Positions 19,315 to 26,060 of a stretch of DNA of 64,000 nt are shown here, one piece after another. Made by a program: the position numbers and the translations under genes. The notes under the pieces are model-generated. The model saw only the letters and a program-made list of their open reading frames with translations, did no database searches and was not told where the DNA came from. This DNA comes from Actinomycetota bacterium (GTDB lineage: Bacteria; Actinomycetota; CADDZG01; JAHWKV01). Numbering within the stretch: position 1 is the stretch's first letter; every line of letters starts with the position of its first letter. Where the stretch lies: the NCBI GenBank assembly GCA_030447305.1, contig JAUJPC010000001.1, positions 531,739 through 595,738 of the forward strand, written 5' to 3'.

Positions 19315-19509
19315 CTAAATTGACTGATCGATGTCGGCGGTCTGCTCGGCATTGGCGTATGCAACCGAGTCGTCCGACAGGACGTTAGCGGCTACTGCCG
19401 CGTTGACGGGTGCGGCCAAATTGAGGTTCACCAACGACATCTCTTCCCGTTCCGCCAGCTGCTCGGAACCCTGTTCCTCCAGCTCTTCCTTAGATAGTTC
19501 GTCAGACAC
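19315..19509 (-). CDS. small acidic peptide paralog 3 (64 aa from GTG 19509; the track ORF starts at 19548)
   Basis: '(M)SDELSKEELEEQGSEQLAEREEMSLVNLNLAAPVNAAVAANVLSDDSVAYANAEQTADIDQSI'. AGAGGAGGA lies just upstream of GTG 19509, and this start gives the same length as paralog 2. Confidence 0.7.
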   Translation of the reverse strand: MSDELSKEELEEQGSEQLAEREEMSLVNLNLAAPVNAAVAANVLSDDSVAYANAEQTADIDQSI

Positions 19510-19584
19510 TTGTCCTCCTCTTTTGTCCTCACTATTCCTAGGTGACACTCTTGGTTGTTGCCGCGCGAAAAAGCTGACAAACCG

Positions 19585-19613
19585 ATTAGACGGTAAGGGT
19601 TCGGTAAGGGTTG
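19585..19613 (-). promoter_or_regulatory. candidate ECF-type promoter / tandem 11-mer upstream of the peptide operon
   Basis: The minus strand reads CAACCCTTACCG-AACCCTTACCG-TCTAA. This is a perfect tandem AACCCTTACCG x2, giving an 'AAC'-containing -35-like element about 15-16 nt before CGTCTAA (a CGTC-type -10-like element). It lies about 75 nt upstream of the first peptide gene. Confidence 0.25.
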
Positions 19614-19781
19614 TCGTGAGCGGCGCCGAGGGTTCTCAGAGCGATCCTTTGACGGAATAACCAAACCGAGTCACCGCACAGCTGCCGGCTGACCGGTTGC
19701 AGTGTGGCGGCCGTGCCACAAGGGTGTCGCATCCACGGCGATACGGGTAAAAGAAGCATGCCAGCGTTGAAAGGGAATGAC

Positions 19782-20537
19782 ATGTTTGCCGTTGCCACAG
19801 TTCTGACCGCAGTAACGCTGTCACTGCTTATAACACGAGTGGCATCCACCGCCTTGACGATCACCGGAATCCCGCGGCATGTCGCCCGCTTCCAGGCTCG
19901 CTCAGCCTTTAGCGGTGTCGGGTTCACCACAACCGAGGCTGAGCAAGTCGTGCATCATCCGGTTCGGCGGCGCATCATCATGCTGCTGATGATGCTGGGC
20001 AATGCCGGCATCATCACTATCGCAGGCAGTCTTATCATCTCGTTCGCCCGTAGCCGGTCGGCGACGTCAGTCTCGCTGCGCTTGGGGCTTTTGCTTGCCG
20101 GGATGGTGGCAATTCTGTGGCTGGCGAACAGCAAACGGTTCGATCGCTACCTGTCGGCAGTAATCTCTCGGCTGCTCCGCAAATGGACCGACTTGGAGGT
20201 CCGGGACTATGCGGGACTGTTGCTGCTTTCCGGCGAATACGGGATAAGCGAACTTCAGGTCCATGAGGGCGACTGGCTGGCAGGAAAGACGCTGGCGGAG
20301 TTGAGCCTTCGGCGAGAAGGTGTGGTGGTCCTGGGCATCTATCGCCCCGGCCACGGATACATCGGTGTACCTAAGGGACCCACTCCCGTCCTTCCTAACG
20401 ACCTGTTGATTGTCTACGGACGGTCTTCTCTGCTGAGCGATTTGGATCAACGTTCAGCCGGTTCGGAAGGAGACGTTCAGCACGAAAGGGCGGTGGCACG
20501 GCAGGCCGATATGGCACAGGAGAAGCCTCAAAGCTAA
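19782..20537 (+). CDS. membrane protein with a C-terminal TrkA-C (RCK_C) domain
   Basis: Several TM helices are followed by 'ISELQVHEGDWLAGKTLAELSLRREGVVVLGIYRPGHGYIGVPKGPTPVLPNDLLIVYG' (RCK_C fold pattern). The start is uncertain (19704, 19758 or 19782). Confidence 0.75.
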   Translation: MFAVATVLTAVTLSLLITRVASTALTITGIPRHVARFQARSAFSGVGFTTTEAEQVVHHPVRRRIIMLLMMLGNAGIITIAGSLIISFARSRSATSVSLRLGLLLAGMVAILWLANSKRFDRYLSAVISRLLRKWTDLEVRDYAGLLLLSGEYGISELQVHEGDWLAGKTLAELSLRREGVVVLGIYRPGHGYIGVPKGPTPVLPNDLLIVYGRSSLLSDLDQRSAGSEGDVQHERAVARQADMAQEKPQS

Positions 20538-20539
20538 AG

Positions 20540-20850
20540 CTATTTAGCCGATTCCGGTAGATTGCCAACGATCCGCCTCAAGGCAGCCAGCTGACGCTGA
20601 AAGGTCGTCCTGCCCTTGGGGGTAAGCGACAGCCAGTTCGGGGGGGGGGCTTGCCGACGTGGGCCTTGCGGTCCGCTTCGGTACCGACCGCAGCCTCCCC
20701 AGCAAGCGGGAGCCGCCCCTCCAAAGCAGTAAAGATCCTTCCCCGTACCGGTGACGACAACTTCCTGCTTGCGGCGGGTGGCGCCGGCTTCATCGTTTTG
20801 GGTTGTCTCTTCCTGGCCGCCGACCGGCGCAGGATTAGTCTGCGGATTCC
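20540..20850 (-). pseudogene. small winged-helix (ArsR/MarR-like) transcriptional regulator interrupted at a C10/G10 tract; start unclear
   Basis: 'GIRRLILRR...LSSPVRGRIFTALEGR..AGEAAVGTEADRKAHVGKPPP' (one frame) continues as 'NWLSLTPKGRTTFQRQLAALRRIVG' (another frame) exactly across the homopolymer. Confidence 0.45.
20640..20649. repeat. G10 (C10 on the coding strand) homopolymer
   Basis: Counted directly: ttc-GGGGGGGGGG-cttgcc. It is the longest homopolymer I noticed in the window. Confidence 0.95.
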
Positions 20851-20861
20851 TGGAGGGCCCT

Positions 20862-21050
20862 GTGGGTAACTGGCAATTTCGGAAGTCCAAGTCTTTGTTT
20901 GGAGGACTGGTGAGACGGTCCGCAGGCAAACGAGGCGTATCCGGGTCCATCGGTGTGCCGGGACTCAGATTCAGCAGGCGCAAGGGGCGAACTTACCGAA
21001 CGATCTCATTGCCCGGAACCGGCTTCTTTAAGAGGGACCGCCTGAGGTAG
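20862..21050 (+). CDS. DUF4236-like small protein
   Basis: SD GGAGGG 4-5 nt before GTG 20862. '(M)GNWQFRKSKSLFGGLVRRSAGKRGVSGSIGVPGLRFSRRKGRTYRTISLPGTGFF' matches the 'FR.S......R.N.S..G.S.S.G..G.........SLPGTG' pattern of DUF4236. Confidence 0.65.
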   Translation: MGNWQFRKSKSLFGGLVRRSAGKRGVSGSIGVPGLRFSRRKGRTYRTISLPGTGFFKRDRLR

Positions 21051-21288
21051 CTCACTCTCGCGCGACAAACGTCCGGCGGGGCTTTCTTTAGTGAGATCCC
21101 GACGGTCGAGAGTTCAGGGCTCCCGTGCGCCACGAGTTTGCCCTTGAACGTAGCGGGTAGAGCACGCGCCATGAGCATTGCAACGATCGCCGGAATCCTC
21201 GTCGCGGTCGTCGTGGGCGGAGTAGCGCGTACATCGCGTTGCGTAGCGAGTACCGCAAGTAGCCTTCACGATCACCGGCGGCTGCGGG

Positions 21289-22149
21289 CTACTCTCTTGG
21301 GCGGGCTCGAGTCACCTCCTCGAGGAAGCGTCGAACCTCGACCAGCAACTTTTCTCCCGTGAACAGCTCGGGGTCATTGTGGTCGGCGCCGTCGATTTGG
21401 ATGAACCGCTTGGTCCCTGAGGCAGCGTCGTAGACAGTCCTGCTCTGGCCGGTGGGGACGATGCTGTCTTTTTCTCCTGCTATAACGAGCAGTGGAACCT
21501 CCACCCGAGCAACGGTCGCAGTAGCCTCGTAGCGGTCCCTCAAGAGAGACCGGACGGGCAGCCATGGGTAGTGAAGCTGTCCCACGTCGGCCAGTGATGT
21601 GAACGGCGACCGCAACACCAGGCCCGCCGGCGGGCGTTCAGCCGCCAGACCGACCATGACGGCGGCGCCGATTGACTCCCCGAAATAGATGATGCGGCTC
21701 GGGTCAACCTCGGGCCGGCCGGCAAGGTAGTCGAGCGCCGCCAGGGCGTCACGATGCAGGCCTTTTTCCGATGGAGTGCCCGGGTTGCCGCCATAACCCC
21801 GGTAGTCGAACAACAGCACGCTCGCGCCCGCTTCTCTCAACGCTTCGGCCAGTGGGGCTCGGTGCGCCCGGTTACCGGCGTTCCCATTCGCCACCAAAAT
21901 CGAGGGTACCGGTCCGTCGAGTCGAGCGGGCAGGAACCAGCCGGCAAGCTTCAAGCCGTCGCTGGTCGTAAAGTGAACCTCTTCGCCGCCAGGGAGTTCC
22001 GTCGTTACGGGGGGCACTTCGCCGAACGGTAGGTAGATGAGGAATCGCTGGAATCCGTAGGCCAGCGCAACCACGAGGGCCGCTGCACCTACCAAGACGA
22101 GCAATGTCGTACTCACCCGCCGCCGGATCCTGACCAACGGTGAAGGCAC
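21289..22149 (-). CDS. alpha/beta hydrolase (membrane-anchored, BEM46/S9-like)
   Basis: N-terminal TM 'LLVLVGAAALVVALAY', nucleophile 'GESIGAA', and 'AGEKDSIVP...GADHND'. Confidence 0.85.
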   Translation of the reverse strand: MPSPLVRIRRRVSTTLLVLVGAAALVVALAYGFQRFLIYLPFGEVPPVTTELPGGEEVHFTTSDGLKLAGWFLPARLDGPVPSILVANGNAGNRAHRAPLAEALREAGASVLLFDYRGYGGNPGTPSEKGLHRDALAALDYLAGRPEVDPSRIIYFGESIGAAVMVGLAAERPPAGLVLRSPFTSLADVGQLHYPWLPVRSLLRDRYEATATVARVEVPLLVIAGEKDSIVPTGQSRTVYDAASGTKRFIQIDGADHNDPELFTGEKLLVEVRRFLEEVTRARPRE

Positions 22150-22626
22150 CTCCCGATATCTACTGCGAGAGCAAACCGGTCCAGGGCAGAGCGCGTTCGG
22201 TTAAGCGTGAGGCGACCGGTTTCGGCACGGAACTCGGGGCTGTCTCCCATAAACCCAAGGGCATGGAACCTCATTCAACCCGCCAGAGGTAAGTATGGCC
22301 GCAGTCTCCCGGGTGAACACAACACTCGAGTGACCAACCCGTCTTCGTTGGCGCGAGGCACAAGCCACGCCCATGCTCGACGAGCAAAGCGCGCTAAAGC
22401 AACTGGGTCACATTCAGTAGCACATTGTTGCGCCAGAGCGTCTCCGACTGAACGTTTAGAACCATTAAGGCGAGAAGCGCCGTCCTCTGGTCTTTTGCGA
22501 ACTGTTCACAGCCCGTTCCCGCGGCATTCGCCGTTTGCAAAACCTCTATTCAGGACTTACTGAAAAGCTCAAGGGGCTGGCGCCAGCGACAGTCGCAGTC
22601 CTCCAAACCGAATAGAAGGAGAACAA

Positions 22627-23100
22627 ATGACTAAAGCACGTCGACTTTCGCTTGCAGCATCGATAGCTTCAGCCGCCATGCTGCTGGCTATGAGCGGTCA
22701 GGCGCTTGCGGTACAAAAGACAATATCGGCCAGAGTAGGCCCCGTGCCCCTGCCTAGCGTCCCGGCACAGGTTTGCATCGATGGAGATTGTCAGAACACT
22801 CCCAACCTCCAGAGCGTTGCCCTTGAGGTCAGCGCCACTTTCGACGCGGATCTGGGGACACCGCCGACCCTTAACCCAGGAACCTGCCCGGCGGGTCAAA
22901 CCGGCGCAGTCCTGGTGATCACGACTGGTACCACCAGCGCCACGGTCGATGGCGTTGTGACGGCCACGCTCCCCGATGGTCGCACGATGAGCATCCCGGT
23001 CGGGCCGATCACGATCGGTGCCAATGAAACCGTGACGATCAGCGCGTGTACTACGGCCGATGCACCAGCGCTGCCGGGGGTTGGAGTTCCTCAACTCTAG
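22627..23100 (+). CDS. secreted protein, unknown function
   Basis: SD GAAGGAG plus ATG. Signal peptide 'MTKARRLSLAASIASAAMLLAMSGQALA'. The mature part has 4 Cys. Confidence 0.6.
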   Translation: MTKARRLSLAASIASAAMLLAMSGQALAVQKTISARVGPVPLPSVPAQVCIDGDCQNTPNLQSVALEVSATFDADLGTPPTLNPGTCPAGQTGAVLVITTGTTSATVDGVVTATLPDGRTMSIPVGPITIGANETVTISACTTADAPALPGVGVPQL

Positions 23101-23242
23101 CGCCCCCCAGCCGGATAGACCGTCGTCGTAAGACAAGGGCACCCTCGATCGAGCGGGGGTGCCCTTGTCTTGGGCGGCCAACCCTGGGTCCTCGCTACTG
23201 GTAGAACTGCTCCGAGACGACAACATGATCGGGAGGATGCGT

Positions 23243-24457
23243 ATGACCCGGGCAATTTCGAGCGAGATGGCTGCAATGCTGGGAGCGAAAATGCCGTTCT
23301 TCGCCTTCCTGACCGGCTCCGAGTGGGCCCGGAGAGCGGGGGAGCCGGGTATCTGCGACTTCGTAACGGGTGAGCCTCAGGAGATGCCCGTCGAGGGGTA
23401 TGCCGAAGCGCTCGCGAGGTGGAGCGCCCCTCAGAACCCTCACTGGTTCGGATACAAGACCAGTGAACCCGCAGCCTGCGCAGTCGTCGCCGATTCGTTG
23501 GGGGAGCGGCTGGGCGGTGATTTCCGGCCCGAGCAGATCTTCATGACCAACGGTGCCATCGCAGGACTGACTGTTGCTCTGAAAGCGGTAACGGATCCGG
23601 GCGACGAGGTGGTCTTCCTCAGCCCGCCCTGGTTTGCCTACGAATCGATGATCCAGGGCCGAGGCGCGGTACCGGTAAGGGTGAAACTCCAAGCACCCCG
23701 GTTCGACCTCGATGTCGCTGCCATCGAGAGAGCCATAACGGAGCGAACCCGAGCCATCATCGTCAACTCGCCGAACAATCCGTCCGGCCGGATTTATTCC
23801 TCGGCCGCCCTGACCGAGCTCTCGTCCGTGCTGGAGGACGCTTCAGCGAGCAACGGCCGGCCCATTTACGTCATCTCGGACGAGGCCTATAGCAAGGTGC
23901 TGTTCGACGGTCGAAGCTTTTTCAGCCCTGCAACCCACTACGCCAGGACTCTGCTGGTCTACACCTACGGCAAGACCCTTCTTACGCCGGGGCAGCGCAT
24001 GGGATACATCGCCCTGGCCCCCGGGATGCCCGACGCGGAGCAGGTTGGCGCTGCCATCTTCATGTCCCAGATCGCGACCGGCTGGGCGTTCCCGAATGCC
24101 CTACTTCAACATGCCATCGCAGACCTCGACAAGCTCTCCATCGACCTCGCGGCGCTCCAGCGCAAGCGGGATCTGTTGGTGGACGCGCTGACGGGATTCG
24201 GCTACGAGCTGACGATCCCGGAAGGAACGTTTTACCTGCTGGTGCGATCTCCGCTCCCGGACGACATGGCCTTTGTCGACCTGCTGGTCGCCCGTGACAT
24301 CTTCGTGCTCCCCGGGTCGACAACGGAGCTGCCCGGGTATTTCCGCATCTCGCTGACCGCGTCCATGCAGATGGTCGAGCGGTCCCTTGAGGGGTTTCAA
24401 GCTGCGGCGCGGGAGGCCGAGCAGGTGGCTGAAGCGGGCGCGGGCGCGGCATTCTGA
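23243..24457 (+). CDS. class I/II pyridoxal-phosphate-dependent aminotransferase
   Basis: 'NSPNNPSGRIY', 'ISDEAYSKVLFD' and 'SYGKTLL..GQRMGY' (PLP-Lys context). I chose ATG 23243 because GGGAGGA lies 5 nt upstream; the track ORF starts at 23159. Confidence 0.85.
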   Translation: MTRAISSEMAAMLGAKMPFFAFLTGSEWARRAGEPGICDFVTGEPQEMPVEGYAEALARWSAPQNPHWFGYKTSEPAACAVVADSLGERLGGDFRPEQIFMTNGAIAGLTVALKAVTDPGDEVVFLSPPWFAYESMIQGRGAVPVRVKLQAPRFDLDVAAIERAITERTRAIIVNSPNNPSGRIYSSAALTELSSVLEDASASNGRPIYVISDEAYSKVLFDGRSFFSPATHYARTLLVYTYGKTLLTPGQRMGYIALAPGMPDAEQVGAAIFMSQIATGWAFPNALLQHAIADLDKLSIDLAALQRKRDLLVDALTGFGYELTIPEGTFYLLVRSPLPDDMAFVDLLVARDIFVLPGSTTELPGYFRISLTASMQMVERSLEGFQAAAREAEQVAEAGAGAAF

Positions 24458-24614
24458 AAGAAAGGCACGGCTCGGTTGCTTTGCCGACGACCACACAGGA
24501 CGCCGCATAGTTTCGAGGAGCGATGGTAAGCATTGTGAGGCGAGAGGATCCGTTAAGGGAGATGATTCCCAAGAGCGGCGTCACGGCGAAACGTGAAACG
24601 AGAGGAGACTCAAG

Positions 24615-24866
24615 ATGAACGAGGAGCAGGGATTCTTAGCAGAGGCGCAGCGCGTAAGAGACGAGCAGGTGGCTTCACAAGGCGTTACCTCCAACGTGGA
24701 CCCGGCAGTCCAGGCGGGAATCGACCACGCGATCGAAACTGCAGGGTCCGGGCCGAAACCGGGCAGTCGGGCTCCCGGGCTCCGGGGACTCGGTGGCCTG
24801 TCAAAGAGCGATATCGATGCTCAGAAGAAGGACATCGCCCAGCGGGACAGCGCCGAAGGACGCTAG
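24615..24866 (+). CDS. hypothetical small protein (83 aa)
   Basis: SD GAGAGGAG before the ATG. Hydrophilic, with no recognisable motif. Confidence 0.45.
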   Translation: MNEEQGFLAEAQRVRDEQVASQGVTSNVDPAVQAGIDHAIETAGSGPKPGSRAPGLRGLGGLSKSDIDAQKKDIAQRDSAEGR

Positions 24867-24926
24867 AGCCGAGGCGGCGTCAACGATTTAGAAGTTATCG
24901 GCGTCCCGGGACCCGCTCGCGCCGTG

Positions 24927-25094
24927 TCATAGGGCTATGTGCAGATCCACCCCGAATAGAACGAGCGGCCAGAGGACGATGGCCAGGATGGCCGATATCA
25001 AAGAACCGAGATCTTGGATCGCCAGATAGCCGTGGTTGTTGGCGACAATGAATCCGATGATTGCATAGATGACTCCTCCTAGGCTTCTGAACAA
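24927..25094 (-). CDS. small two-TM membrane protein (55 aa), absent from the ORF track because it is under 60 aa
   Basis: GAGGGGGA is 4 nt before TTG 25094. '(M)FRSLGGVIYAIIGFIVANNHGYLAIQDLGSLISAILAIVLWPLVLFGVDLHIAL*'. Confidence 0.45.
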   Translation of the reverse strand: MFRSLGGVIYAIIGFIVANNHGYLAIQDLGSLISAILAIVLWPLVLFGVDLHIAL

Positions 25095-25313
25095 CTTGTC
25101 CCCCTCTCGATGGATGCTTGATAGTTACGACGCTCTCATTAGGACTGGAAATCAAAGTTCTGTTGGCCCGGGTTCTATAGCAGTTCCAGATCAACCAGAC
25201 GAATGTCTAATCTTAATCGGCTGAATGTGGCGCTTTCGAAAGGGCGAATTTAGAGTTTGTTCGGTAGGCGGAAGGGAATACAAGTCCGAGCCGACGAAGG
25301 AAGGAGCTAAGCC

Positions 25314-25640
25314 GTGGTTTATCGGCGCAGTCGCCGTACGGTGGTTGAGGACCGGAATCCGATGGGAATCATTCTCGCCGTACTGGCATTCCTGATCGTG
25401 CTTTTTCTCGCCTGGATGCTCCTCTTCAACGATGGTTTCGGCGGGGCGGACGACGACCGCGACAACGAGACGACCACGGAGGAGCGGGGGGACACTCCGG
25501 ACGTAAATATTGAGGTGCCCGGCGGTGAGGGGTCCAGGACCGGCAATGAGCCGGCAACCGGCGATGAGCCGGCGACCGGTGGCGAGGGCACCACCGGCGA
25601 CCAGCCGGGGGGTGGTGTTGTTCCGACGGACGGCGGGTAA
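25314..25640 (+). CDS. membrane-anchored acidic low-complexity protein
   Basis: SD AAGGAAGGAG before the GTG. TM 'MGIILAVLAFLIVLFLAWMLLF' followed by a Asp/Glu/Gly/Thr-rich tail. Confidence 0.55.
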   Translation: MVYRRSRRTVVEDRNPMGIILAVLAFLIVLFLAWMLLFNDGFGGADDDRDNETTTEERGDTPDVNIEVPGGEGSRTGNEPATGDEPATGGEGTTGDQPGGGVVPTDGG

Positions 25641-25799
25641 CCCTCCGGCTTAAGCGTCCACCCGTACGCAGTGAGAAACCCGCAATGAAGGTCGCCCCTC
25701 AGCCTTCCTGGTAAGCCCGCTGCACTATTGACCGTGGGACAAAGGGTCCGTGGACGCCATCTAATGGGGGCAGGTTTGAACACCCGCATCCTCCATCGA

Positions 25800-26044
25800 C
25801 CAACGGCGCAGAAATGGCGGCCGGGGCCCCTTCGGGACCAGGCGTTCCCTGTCGAGATCGAACGTCCGACCGGCGAGCCGGTTCGGGAAATCCTCCAGCT
25901 GGAGAAGTATGCCGATCTCGTGGTTTGCGGTTCACGCGGGTTGGGAGGGGCAAGCAGGTTCCTTCTCGACAGTGTGAGCGACCAACGGCACGGTTGGCTC
26001 CTGCAACCCTCGTCTGCCGGGGGTCGATCCGAAAACCCCAATAG
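25800..26044 (+). pseudogene. universal stress protein (UspA-family) C-terminal remnant
   Basis: 'GEPVREILQLEKYADLVVCGSRGLGGASRFLLDSVSDQ' is the USP ATP-binding 'G-2x-G-9x-G(S/T)' end. The N-terminal half is absent, and the last about 15 aa ('ARLAPATLVCRG') are in another frame. Confidence 0.5.
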
Positions 26045-26060
26045 AGCTGATCTCTGAAGC

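Noticed and set aside
18585-19548. Calling the three small peptides a RiPP biosynthetic gene cluster.
   Set aside because: No LanB/C/M, YcaO, radical-SAM, ATP-grasp, peptidase-ABC exporter or similar gene lies within about 10 kb. The cores also lack Cys and are not Ser/Thr-rich. This is kept only as one hypothesis.
21138-21362. A 74-aa ORF with a hydrophobic stretch after the DUF4236 gene.
   Set aside because: It has no SD, and its 3' part overlaps the convergent alpha/beta hydrolase gene. Support is insufficient.
25735-25750. A bona fide DosR operator.
   Set aside because: Only one imperfect half-palindrome is present, located inside or at the edge of a gene remnant. There is no second copy and the spacing is off by one from the consensus.
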